Part shown: piece by piece, positions 51,394 to 64,000 of the stretch
How the letters are laid out: each line of letters begins with the position of its first letter
Position numbering within the stretch: the first letter of the stretch is position 1
Assembly: GCF_000743755.1 (NCBI RefSeq)
Contig: NW_014569535.1
Span: 1-64,000 of the forward strand
Direction: 5' to 3'
Origin: Blastocystis sp. subtype 4
Lineage: Eukaryota
DNA length: 64,000 bases
Made by a program: the position numbers and the translations under genes
The notes under the pieces: generated by a model
What the model saw: the letters and a program-made list of their open reading frames with translations, nothing else
Database searches by the model: none
Told to the model about the DNA's origin: nothing

Positions 51394-53650
51394 AAAGCAC
51401 AGAACATTTACATTTCGGCTCATAATAGGACAAATAGGTCACACATAAAGACTGAATTGCAGGAACATTGGGATAGAACATACGAATATTTAGTACATCA
51501 TTCCGTAGAACCTCTGAAGCATTGCAGCCATCTATTTCTCAGATGTCAATAAAAATCTACTGGACTCTTTGATTCGTGTATTCAAGTCTGTTAAGATAGA
51601 AACAATAATATTAGCATCTCTTTGGAAGATCTGCAGGGCAGCATGATACGAAGAATTGACAATACGAACATCCCCTATTCCTAAAGCAAATAACCTTTTC
51701 CTACCATTCGATACTAACCACTTCAGTATCAACATCGTGTTATTCCGTACATTAATACTTCCACTACTATAGTTAATCTCAATCAATGCCTCCAGTCCCT
51801 TCATCTCATAGAAATCATTTGCTACATAGACTATAACTAAATCCATCATACTATCAGAACCATCTTGTATAAGTTCGTAAATGAATTGAAGAAACAAAAC
51901 GATCCGATCAACCGAAGTGGATTCTGTAAGCTTCAAATAATTTATAATCGTTCCCATGCCGATCCATTGAGAAACAGACTGCAAGAGAATCGAATCTAAG
52001 TGTTAATCTCTAGTCTTCCCCACTGTGGTTCACAACCTCCATCAATATACTGAGCAATTTATCAAATACAGACAAAGATACAAACCGAAATGTTAAAACA
52101 GCAAGATTCCGTAAATAGGGACTATTTTTTAGATAGTCTAAAAACACGTCTATTTAACAAGAACTCAGAAAGCCATACCTCCCTCTCTCTGTCTGCAAAT
52201 CCGATATTCATGAACAATTTGATTCAACTCCTCCTCACTAACACTGTCCGAATTACATCGTAACAGGTTCTCAAACGTGCTGAAAGAGTGAGTGACAGAG
52301 GAGCTCTCACTCATGGTTGGTGATTGCTCAGAGTTGAACCATGAGAAGAAAGATCCCTGATTAAGATGACTGTTTGAAGCACACGCTGTTTCACGATATG
52401 TCACAGACTTTCCATCATTTTGGATACGCCGTACACTTGATCGATGCCCCTTCGAGATCATGATATGTTTCGAGTCTGCTGTAGGTGTAACAGGAGTTCC
52501 GTTAACAGTGGATTGTGTACTGACATCTGTCATAAGTTGGGAGGAACTCACTGTTAGAGTCATATCAGTCAAACCATAGCGAATGAAGGCCTCTCGACCT
52601 TCTCGTACAGCGACACTCGGTGAGAGCATAGAATCCATCATTTCAGCGGGGATCAAAGGATCCATGTAGGCCGAAGGACGATCCAAAGGAAAATTCGGGG
52701 AATCATCGTCACTATGAGAAATATTCACACCTTCCTGAGAGGAGAAGGTACTTCCGTTACCTCTTGTAGAGAGTCTTCGAATTTCGGTGACTGTATCTGG
52801 AGTCTGAGGTAAAGTAACAAGAGGAAGATTATCGCGATACACTCTCCTCGAAGAGTTTGAGTTTGTTAATTGAATATCTCCAGAATATCCAATTAAACCA
52901 GAAGTAGGCATGAGGCGAAGATACTTCTTCCAATTCTTCTCGATTGGGGCATCTTTCAATTCAGCAGCTTCACCTGTAAGATAGTCACAGGGAAGGGTAA
53001 CTGGCTGATACAAATGAAGACTATGCTGGGTGGAAATCAGTGTATATTTGTTCAGAGCTGTTCCACCAGGAAACGAGTATCTGCATGGATGCATATATGT
53101 GTTTACACAATCATCATCCTATCCAGAATAAATGGAATTCAAGAATTACCTCACTTTCAGAATCCTCTACAAAATTGTCAGGACAAGTGATTGAACCAAT
53201 ATTTGACTCAAATACAGAAATAGATGGATCCATATCAATCAAGCGACATCCTGACAGAAACAACTCTTTTTCATCGATATGAAGGATTTGAAGAACTGCC
53301 TATATATTACACATATCAGCAAATGGATACAGCATAGATTTCTTCCAGAGTGATCTTTCCTGGAACACAAAGGGTCACAATACCATCTCCACAATTCAAA
53401 GATACATAAACAATGCTATCTGGGGTGATGATATCAATAGAATCCTCTTTCACAGCTGCATTCCATAAAACCTCACCACCACCTTGAATAAGTTCTCCAT
53501 TATAATAAAACTTGATATTTTCTTGTGTAATATCAAATTCTCTCTATAACTGATTGAAGAGTTAAGCAGTGACCAATAGGAAGTCATAGACCGAACCCAG
53601 TGGATCTGAATCTCGTAAGGGGATTCGGATGTCAATAGAGTCTGTCTCAT
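51394..53650 (-). CDS. Hypothetical protein: possible ubiquitin-like segment, Ser/Thr-rich middle, helical (ARM-like) C-terminus, predicted CaaX end
   Basis: ORFs 53450-53650, 52165-53094 and 51532-51984 are linked by ~30 nt introns. After intron 51532-51560 the last exon reads ...YYEPKCKCSVL, then T-ATCT-TGTTTGGT. Confidence 0.65.
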
Positions 53651-53751
53651 GTAGTCGTGCCTTCAACACAAGCAACATGACAGAATCTTTACTTATCTTA
53701 TTAAACAAACACACTACTAATATACAAAACCCATATAAAACAGCCTAGTGA

Positions 53752-54518
53752 TTACCACTGGTTCTCAGCAGCGGGCTGATTCCAACCATCCTCAGTAGGA
53801 GCAGCAACCTCAGTATCAGGTTCAGCCTCAGCAGCGGCAGCCTCAGCAGAAGCTCTCTGGGACTCCTCAATTTCCTTGGGATCACGAGCGAAGAAGAGAT
53901 CGACACAAGCCTCCCACTCAGCATCGCGGTCCACAATTCCACGAATACGGAGCACCTCACGAGCGAGGAACCACATCATAAGACCAATGGACAACTTTCC
54001 CTTGGTGTTGCAGGGAATAGCACAATCCACGTACTCCAGAGGAGAATCAGTATCACAGAAAGCAATGGTAGGGATGTTGACGCAAGCAGCCTCACGGATA
54101 GCCTGACGATCGAAGCTGGGATCAGTGACAATCAAGAGACGAGGCTCACGGAACTGCTTAGTGATCTGGTTGGTGAAGGTTCCAGCAGTATAACGGCCGG
54201 AGATGGTCTGGCAACCAGTGTACTTGCAGAACTTCAGAACAGCACGCTGAGAGTTCTCACGAGCACCAATCACGATGACATCCTGAGGGTTTTCAATAGC
54301 AGCAATGATACGGGCAGCAAGCACCAGCTTCTCCCAAGTCTTGGAGAGGTTGATGATATGAACTCCCTCCTTAGTGCGACGGAACACGTAGTCCTTCATC
54401 ATGTAGTTGAGATTCTTGGTTCCGTAGTGAATACGAGCAACGAGCATCTTGCGAACATCGTCTTCACTATTCTCTTATTTGAGTATCATACCACCTACGT
54501 GGGCTTGTTAAAGGCCAT
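53752..54518 (-). CDS. RPSA: 40S ribosomal protein uS2 (RPSA/S0)
   Basis: [44 protein letters not shown] and [10 protein letters not shown]. One intron after MAFNKPT. C-ending codons are visibly enriched. Confidence 0.98.
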
Positions 54519-54932
54519 TTGTTGTATAGAAATGGGAATTGAATTGAATTATGAAAACACAAAATAAGTACAATGCAATCGTCGAAAATAGCTCGTAGTG
54601 GCGATTGTAATCCTCGTGTTAAAATTCTTTAAAGCTTGATTTGTTTTACATTCATATGGTTAATAAACTAGACTTGATTTGCAGTGAAAGTCTTTGCATC
54701 ACTCTAAAGACTTCGTTTATGACTCTCAGAGAAGTTAACATCGTTTTACAACAATCACAAATACGTGCAAAAGTAAGTTGATAAACTGATTGAAAATCTC
54801 CACAATATTCATTTTTGAGATCAACAACAAAAGTAGATGTTTGCAGATCGGTTACCACAAATAGACCCGAATTCAAGCAGTGGTTTTCCCTGTTTCTCCT
54901 TTGGTTAATCGGTCATTTCGCCTTGGTGTAGA

Positions 54933-55732
54933 ATGGAACCATCGCATATTCCCGCCGAGTCTGTAGCTGAGTGTTCCGACGATGAAATTAATAGAATCGG
55001 TAAGTAAGTGATGAAGTGATGCTCACTATCAGAAACGCTTACTCCAGTAATCGGAATTGATTATGCGGATAATGAGGAAAGGCTTAACACCATGGCTGAT
55101 GCCTTTCGAACGATTCTAAGAGTACGGTGGAATGACATTTTTGTTAATGTGTAGTGCATTGGAGAAGATCCCGAGAGAGAAGGATTGAGGAAAACTCCAA
55201 TGAGAGCAGCCCAGGCAATGTTGTTTTGTTGTCAGGGATATTCACAGAACCTGGAGGTCAATTCTGTTATCCCTATTATGATGAATAGAGTGTAATTAAT
55301 AATGCTGTGTTTGAAGATGCGTTTGATGACATGATCATTGTGAAGGATATTCCAATGTTCTCCATGTGCGAGCATCACCTTCTTCCCTTTTATGGGAAGG
55401 TTCATATTGGTTACATTCCGAAGGGCAAAGTATTGGGTTTGAGTAAACTCGCTCGTATAGCAGAAATATCGTGCCGTCGGTTACAACTGCAAGAACGAAT
55501 CACACGTGAAATTGCTGAGAATGTTATGAAAGCAGTTGACTGTGAAGGAGTGGGTGTAGTAGTTGAAGCAGAGTAAGAGAAGAAGAGGGGTTCAATAAAT
55601 AGACATATGTGCATGTGCATGCGAGGCGTGCAAAAAGTGGGCTCACGGACAATCACAAGTGCAGTCTTGGGAACCTTCCGTCGTGATCCACGAACTCGTG
55701 GAGAGTTCTTTTCAAATATCAATCATCATTAA
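54933..55732 (+). CDS. GCH1: GTP cyclohydrolase I
   Basis: [49 protein letters not shown] and [14 protein letters not shown] at 55730-55732. Confidence 0.96.
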
Positions 55733-55735
55733 TCA

Positions 55736-55753
55736 TGTTTATTATAACAAACA
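55736..55753. terminator. Back-to-back 3'-end motifs for GCH1 (+) and TOR (-)
   Basis: TGTTTATTATAACAAACA. Confidence 0.75.
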
Positions 55754-55760
55754 ATGTATC

Positions 55761-58700
55761 TTAATAGAATGGACACCTACACATCACCTTGTTCTTCAAT
55801 ACTTACCAACCAATATAACTTTGACACAAATTGTATTTTGACGTAGCTTGTAAAATCAGTTTCCGAACCTGTTCTGCTACTGTGATCTTTTCATCTTCAT
55901 AGAAGTCGTTTCCAGTTAGCTTGTCACGTACCCGCTTGATCACTGCTGCTGCCTTTGCACTTGTCTGATTGGATTGATCTCCTTCCTCCTGTTCTTCCTC
56001 TCCCACAAACGAATCAACTCCTAACAGCTCAGGTGCTACATTCTCGCGACTAGACTCCAGATTTGTCTTCTCCAGCAGTTTCCAATTCATCAGTGGATCA
56101 TGGACAAAGGCCTCCAGAATAGCCATAAGTGAATCCTCGTTCTGTCGCATCACATTCATCACACTTTCACATGTACTCCGGAAAGTACCTTCAATTCCAC
56201 CCACCTCCATTGCTTTTACGAGCATTCGGGTTAGACGGAATGGGACCTTCTCAGGGAACTTCTCTCGCTGCATCGTTACCTCAAAGCAATCTCCAAAATC
56301 AATATGACAGATGGACCCTATTCGTCAATCATTCTTGTCACTTCAACCTGAAATTCGATCAATCATGATGTTACTGGGGTGACGATCACCTAGACCCAGA
56401 ATGTAACCAACCATCGACATCACAGCCAACGACCTTGTGAAGTTAATTCGACGATGAAGCCACTTCTCACTGTTCTTGCTCCTCAACCACAGAACAGACT
56501 TCAAATCGTCTCCCACAGTCTCATTCATTACGGTGTTGAAGATCTCCACACGTCGTACAGGTGACATTTCTTCGTACATGGGAGCCAACTATCTCTTATA
56601 TCACCAATCCACATATACCTTCCGAATCAGACCTAATTCAGCTGCCGTGTCTGCATGCTTGCATTCTCGGTACATTTTGATGAGCGAATGCAGTGTATCA
56701 TGACGATCTACCCAACTCACTACTCCACAATTATCACTCAAAGGAGTGACACTGTACGTCCGAACAAACAATTCTTGTTTGCAAGTTTCTGGATTCGCTA
56801 CTAGAAGTCGGTTCACCATGGTGAAGAATTGCATCACACGCTCATCTTGACGCAAATCCTCGTTTCCCTTTAGTAAGAATTCGTATCGGTTATTGTCACT
56901 CCCTACAATCACCACTTTTCGAGGACGTTGTTTGGATTGAAGTACAGTTAAGATTCGATAGAACTGTTTAATTCGAACCTAAACATAAATAGGGAGAATA
57001 TCTGGAATACAAAATCATTTCGTTTTTCTGGTGAGTATGTTCCAGGAACAGCAATAGAGAGATTCTTCACATTGAGCAGCTTAGGCGAAACACTATCCAG
57101 CTCCAGTTCTGAGACCACTTTTACAGACTTCACCATTCGCTTATGCATCTACAAATCATTCTCTCTTTCTCATTTCTGACATCTGTGAAGTTCTTCCAAG
57201 CACTCTCGATCTCATTAACATTGTAGGTAGCAATGTACCGTAATAGATATTCTCGTGTATTCTCAATCTGTCGTTCATACATTCGGTGAAAATTGTCTTC
57301 ATTTCGAGTCTAAGTTTCATAATTCTATTGTTCTTAGTACCTCTGAAGGACCTCCAAAAGTCTTATACAAGTCATCAAAGATTGCGAGCATCTATCATTC
57401 AGGAATCCTTCTAATCCTCACCTTTTTTATATTCTTCATTTCATAATACTGACAGGAAGCCTCTTCAATTCCTCGCATCCATTTCTCTGTCCATAGAACA
57501 GCTACACGAATCATCTCTGAACTCACAAGATCTGCTTCCTTTACAAGAACTGTGTTATCTCTACGTAAGTGATTCAAGACTTCTTGTGCAGCTTTCTGTC
57601 TAGATACTGTAGCTGATCGAGTTGATCGTGTTAATGGATATACCAGAGCTTGTGGATGTGCCTTTGACAACTGAACAAGAAGATTGATAAGAAGTCGTTT
57701 TGCTCTTCCTTCTTTGAAATGAATACGCGCTACTAATTGAGGAATCACGTACAACCAAGTATCCAAACTAATTATATTGAAACCATGGTTAATTGCATTG
57801 ATTACTTCTTCACGAGTACCATATGAGAACCAAAGAGTGATCAAACGAAGTATATCCTGAAGAACAAGAGAACTATTCTTGTCCGCGGACAGAGATATTG
57901 CATCAAAGAAATTACTAATTGCATTCTGAAGATGATCCGTCACCTGTTGATTGGCCTCATCACTGGATTCATGATTATAATACTCGGCACATGTCATATG
58001 AAGCATGGCTATGTCATGGAATGCTTTATGATCTTCTTGATTGAGTTCAGAACATTCTTTGATGATCGATGTGATATCAGAGACAACAGAATCATTCAAA
58101 CTTTTGTGATTTGCATCTAGTTCCCATTGAGCGAGACGCAGACGCATTCGAACTTTAACATATGCAGAGACTGAAGTACTGGGTGATTCAGATGGGTCAA
58201 TACTTTGATTGAAGGTAAAACGTTGACTTTCAGACCGTTGTTCTCGAGTCTCTGTCACCAAGTGACGTAGTCGAGTGATGGCATTGTCTGTGAGACCTTG
58301 ATCATAGAGGAACTTATGATAAGCGTACCGAACCTCAGCAGAAGCATTCACTTCATCGTCAAAGTCATCCCCCAACTCTTGGGTATTCTTCAAATTGATT
58401 CCCAATGATGAGAGTGTTCGCAGGGCTAGTGCAGGTCGATTGGATTTTCGAGCAAGAGAGATAAAGCGAAGCCAGTAATCTCGTGAGTAGGGAATACCAT
58501 CAGCAGACTTATCTCCTAACTGAACAAAAAGTTTACGCAACGATAACAAGTCATGCCAGACAGTAACCTCACGTTGAACTCCATCCAAACGCTTATCGAA
58601 GATTGAAAGAAGATGTTCCATTGCACGGCTATATGCCGGATCATCCAATGAATAACGCTTCCGTAAACGACCAATCTCTTCTAATTCCTCCAATTTCTCG

Positions 58701-61700
58701 AGTTGAATATAATGATTGTAAACACGAGCATAACCTTCTCCAATAATTGGAGCTAGCGTACGTCCAATTGCAGCTCTCGCTTCAGTGATTAACTCCTCAG
58801 CAGTTTCATAATCTCCTTGATGGATAAGAAGTGCAGCTTGATAAAATGGTACCCCAGGACTACTTGGATTTGCTTTAGCTAGATACTTTGCAAGGAGTTT
58901 CCAATCACCCAAGTCAAATGCAGCACGAGCGGCAAAGACTGCTACAGCCTCACGTTGTCCGCTCTCTTCCAATTTATCTTCGGTATTTTTGATCACACGC
59001 AATACAACTTCACTCTCTCCTAGAGCATTCAAGCATCGAATTCGACCCATTGTCAACTCTGTTTGAAGAGGCATCTGAAGTTGCTTCCTTTCATATGCTT
59101 CTAATGCTTCTTCCCATCGTCCTAATTTCTCATACAATTCGTCTTTCACTTGAGTCACATCACTATGATACTTCTGAGAGTAATGTAACACTCCGACTGC
59201 AGCATCCGACAAATGAAGTTGATTGTTGATTTGAATCAATTGTTCAATGCATGTATCAGGTGTAGCTTCATATTCAATCTCCTTATAATGAAGTGCTTTG
59301 GCATAAGCATTTGAAGATGAAGCCAGATTACCAAGAAGACAAATTCCCAAAGGAAGAACAATGTCCTTACTCATCTGAAGGACGACATCTTCATCATGTT
59401 CCATAAACTCAGCTAACGATAGTATTTCCATTACAATCTCAGGAGGCACTTGAGGGAGCTTAAAAGCGGCTTCAAATGATGAAGCTAAATCAGCGCGATA
59501 CTGTGGACTCAACTCATTCCACATAGATGTAAATGCCGCATTGAATAACTCACTTGCAAACGGTTGAATTGCCTGAGCAAGAGCATGACATGATCGGATC
59601 GAAGGATCAGGAGATTCTTTGATCAGATGCAAGGCAAAACGACGGTTCCATTCAATCCAATCATCCTTTGTGCTCAGTGTAGGAGCTTGTCTCCATAACT
59701 GTTGAAGGATGGCCGTATCACCTCGATAAGGTCGTGGTTGAAGAAGCTCTTCTTGTAGATTTATGCTATCATCCTCCTTATCAAAGACATATTCCATTGC
59801 AGGCAATACTCCTCCACGATACAAAGCATTAGAGATTTCTGTAAACTTGGGATAAATGATCTTCTTCTCTGCGACTACTTTATTGATAGCCGTAAGATAG
59901 ATGTAAGCCTCTTGTTGTTTCTGGGATATTACTGCACAGATTACATCCATGATTTCTGGGATCACATCACAATAATCACGGGAAAGAACACGTAATAGAG
60001 GCATGATGATCTGAGATGTATACAAACTAACATCCAACTCATGAACAATTCGACGAAGACACTTTACAGCCTCTCGCTGATTCGCTGAATACTCCTGATT
60101 GTTTTCAATGAAACGAATCAGAACAGGAAGGACAACATTAAGATGATTATCCAGAGAAGGGACAATACAGTGAAGACAATGAACAATCTCTGTTGTTGCC
60201 GCTTTCTTCTCCGGAGGATCCTCAGCGAGGAGAGAGAGCATACGAGGCAACACATAGACGAGATAGAGCTTAAACTCACTGTAGAAACAGGCACTACATG
60301 TACGGACAAAACGAAGAATCTCAAATTGATTCGTCTCCCAAAACGGTTCCACTGCTTTTAGAATTCCTGGTAGATAGGTACGAATATGCTCCTTCACAGT
60401 CTGAACGAGATCCATAAGGAAATAGAGAATACGAGTAATATGTCGCTGATCACACTGTCGATTCTCCATCGTCCGAATGAATGGAGGAACAACCAAAGAC
60501 AGATAGGGGAATGATCTAGAGATGAGAGAAAGAGCAAATACTAACGCAGTATTCATATTGCTGATAACCATACCAAGAGCATCAATCACCATTTGATGAT
60601 AAGCACTATAGCTCACATCAACAAACACAGACATTAGAGATTCTAACGTGATCTATACTTCAATTACTCTGTCTAGAAATACAATCAGATTCCGTTCACT
60701 AATTCGACAGAGAATAGGCCGTTGATCTTGCTGAAGGTCATCATATGATACAAGTTGGGTCTCACTGTTATTCTGACGCTTCCTATTTCCAATCATAGAA
60801 TCTCTTCAATACCTACACATTCTGATTAAAACGAAATGGGTCGATAGCTCCTAAGACTCCAATACACTTCATTACTCGTTCATTCAAAATGAAACTCCCT
60901 GTTCCACTACGATTGTGTTGATTCACAAGGAGATCCATTAAGGAAGAGTACTGGAGATATGGATCAATCACATAACCAGTACAATAGCAATAGGTCTCAA
61001 GTAAACCCAGAGCAGCCTCTCGTAACTCACTGTTCTGTTTCAATGCATCAAGAATTAGAGGCATGAGAATATCGTTATGCTTAAACAGTTCAGGTGTACC
61101 CACTTCAGCAAGCAATGCCAGTGTATCAAAGAATGCAATCTTTACCGATTCTATATTCATCACTTGTCCTTATCAATACCTTGTTGGATGGTTTTCAAGT
61201 GATTTACTAACAACTCAAAGACAGGATTCACATAAGCTTCGATCAGACTCGATGTAGAATGAATTGCTAAGCCCAGAAGTCGAACCGATTCGATAATGGT
61301 TGTGGATTCTTGTGAGTACTCGAGAGAACGTAAGAGATCAAGGATGAGTTGTCGTACTGCATTTGTGACAACTCCAGGAATAGCTGATGAAAGTCTACCA
61401 ATGATATGCAGTACCGCTCTCTGGATTTCATATTTCTCATCATGAAGAGCCATCAATAAGAAGGAGATGTTCTCAGACTACAATAAATTGGATATAAAGA
61501 ATATACCTGAATCAGATAGGGATCATAACGCTCATCTAGGGACTCTAATAGACATGATCGTACACTGCATTCTCGATCTGATAAACCCACAGAAATGAGT
61601 TTCTGAACTTCATGATACTCTTGTTGGAATGATGCACTATGCTTTGCTGTAGGATTGGATGGTAGCAACAACTAGGAATGATCCTTTCTCCCGTCATCAT

Positions 61701-63437
61701 ACCTTGCATGCTACCTTCACAGCACGTCCACGAATTGCTTCATCGAGATCATCAACATATGACATGACACATCGCTTCACAAACTCAAACAGATCCACAT
61801 CACGCAATTCAAATATCTCCAATGTATGCAAGGCAAGTAGAACATTGCCCGGATCTGCTTTCCATTGTTCTTCTCTACACATTAGTGATTCTTCTGATTC
61901 TCACTTGACCTTCTTTGTTGAGAACGGAGCAGGTGTACTTTGCATATAGTTAGGACTTCCTTGAAGAACCATAGAGAGTTCTGTAAGCAACCGTTCCTGT
62001 ACCAACTGAAGACTCTCCTTCGCATGTGTTGAAACTTCTTTCAACGCATTGATTAGATCCTCAGATATGCCTGCTGCAAACAGCTACAATAAATCCTCTT
62101 CATCATTCTCACATCATTACAGAGTTTGGCAATTTTATCAGTGAAACGTTCCTTCAAGGCATAGGACATATGAGTGAAGCAATTCAATGCTTCCTTCACG
62201 TTATTGTTCGATTTCCTATCTATTAAGGATATATCAAGGAATTACCGATAACTGTTCAGTGATTCCTTGATAATACTACAAATCACATCTAGTCGAGAAT
62301 ACGCATCATCTGGAATCACCAGAGCTAGTTCTCCAACAGCTTTCAGTGCTTCTCCTCGATAAGCATCTCGATGAATGCAAGACATTAGATACTCAAATCT
62401 AGAAATCACAGGATTCATGATCCCATACACATTATTCTTAAACTCAAGAGTTAAGAACGAATGGGCATAAGTATTCATGAAACGAGCAATGACAGGAATC
62501 AGACCTATTTGTGATTGAGGGCAGAATCAACAACGAATGATGGTAATTTTGATATAGGGTTCTTTTGTATTGAAATATGTCTGAATTCTGGTATATATAG
62601 CCTCGATTCGTGAATCACAGAATTCTAAAGAATTGTTGAGAAAGGAGTTAATTGAAAGGAGATAGCCATGAATTGATTCATTTCTACCATCTTTAGGGAG
62701 TTCTTCGATTCGCTCCAAGAACTCGAAATAGAAATCATTCTTCTTCTGATTCTCTCGTTGTTGCATAATGATCAGACATGCTGAAAGAGCATCTGCAGCT
62801 GCTTCTCGAATTAGAATCTGTTTGTCTTTCAAGGGAGCGAGAATCTTCTCTCGGAAGGCTTGGATGTGTTGATAGAAGTGTGTAGGAGAGTTATTGGCAA
62901 CTTTCTGGAGAATAAGGAGAGACAAGAGACGTTTGTAGTCATCTCTAGAGAACTCAAGATTCCGAAAGGCATCGCTTAGAATGGAATCAATAAACTCTGA
63001 TAGATAGGAATTACCAACCCGAAGCAAATGACCGAGTGTCTATGCGAATCAAACTAACATAGTGGCGTTACAGATGACAACGGAATGAGAAGCATCGTTG
63101 AATGAGTTTCTTGGATCATCGTCTCGAGATACTGAGAAATACGAACATTTCGATCCTCTTCTTGATATCCAAGATCAACAAGCTGATCTATGACTGCCAA
63201 GAATCCTAGATGAACATAGTCGTCATTGCTGCGGCTAAACCGCTTAAATAGTTGAAAGATCTCATCACTGATCTTAGAATACTCTTGAGCATCTGCATTT
63301 TGATATAAACGTTCGATCCATTTCCGATACAAAATAGCAGCATGGTTTCTCGCTTCGGAGTCACGACATACCTTCTCATCGACAATATACTCCGATCGTC
63401 CCACTGGTGTGTAGAAGAACCTTACTTCATTCTGCAT
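55761..63437 (-). CDS. TOR: Target of rapamycin kinase (HEAT, FAT, FRB, PI3K-like kinase, FATC)
   Basis: [44 protein letters not shown] (FRB), [38 protein letters not shown] and [13 protein letters not shown]. The 5' exon structure is uncertain. Confidence 0.96.
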
Positions 63438-63544
63438 CGGATCTATTAATTGTTACAACGTCAATGGGAGATAGTTTGGGTTTTGGGTCCTTTCATAATG
63501 TGGCGCAATTGGCGCATCCATTTTGGATTGATCACAAACAAAGC

Positions 63545-64000
63545 AAAAAAGCATATCATTTACAATTCCATCTCTCTGGTAGTAGCCATTTTCAATACAA
63601 TCTCGATCGATAATATGTGTCATTCCATTGACTCCTTCACAGTTCATAACGTGCCATGTCATATGTTCTTCACAGCAAATCAAACTGGGATATTGTACAA
63701 GGGCTTCTCTCTTCCTAGTTGTCAATGCAACCCAACTACCTTACCAAAGAGCCGTTTTCATATTATAATACTTGTCATAGAGAGTTGAACTACATCTGTG
63801 GCACATAAAAAGTTCATAGATATTGGTATTAGCACAATTCGGATTACTGCATTTGAGGAGTTTCCGTAGCTTGAAAGAATAGAGCTGAAAGTGAGAGGGA
63901 TTATGCTGAAGATGCTCCAACAGGTGATATTTATCACAAAAGCAACTGTTACACTGAACGCAATAGACTAAGTTACTTCGGCATTTGCATCTTACACAGC
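63545..64000 (-). CDS. 3' end of a Cys/His-rich zinc-binding protein (truncated by window edge); stop probably made by polyadenylation
   Basis: CVRCKCRSNLVYCVQCNSCFCDKYHLLEHLQHNPSH...LKCSNPNCANTNIYELFMCHRC...ALW, a 30-nt intron, then KREALVQYPSLICCEEHMTWHVMNC...NDMLF. Confidence 0.7.

Noticed and set aside
51041..51423. Antisense His-rich and PGCIG repeat ORFs; CRISPR-like periodicity
   Set aside because: Reverse frames of the SF3B4 coding minisatellite. No unique spacers, no cas genes, and the context is eukaryotic.

Overview
Gene-dense eukaryotic nuclear DNA, not prokaryotic. About 27 intron-containing protein genes and one tRNA-Ile(AAT) are packed with intergenic gaps of roughly 15-450 bp. 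Introns are GT-AG and nearly all 28-36 nt (often exactly 30), and a TGTTTGTT-type motif follows most 3' ends. This combination is characteristic of the anaerobic stramenopile Blastocystis (inferred; subtype not determinable). Recognisable genes: mitochondrial EF-Tu, complex I PSST/NDUFS7, GH47 mannosidase, RNF10-like RING protein, a Ser/Thr kinase, midasin (MDN1), RPB3, mitochondrial L19, acetyl-CoA transporter, a DIX-like protein, EB1, a Myb/U-box-like protein, organellar LysRS, Ran, COPA, SF3B4, RPSA, GCH1 and TOR. In six genes the reading frame ends in a codon-position-1 T exactly 4 nt before the motif, so the stop is predicted to be made by polyadenylation (known in Blastocystis). In one of them this would expose a C-terminal CaaX box (KCKCSVL*). 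Convergent gene pairs share compact back-to-back 15-18 bp bidirectional 3'-end signals. Exon boundaries were deduced by eye, and gene coordinates span introns.
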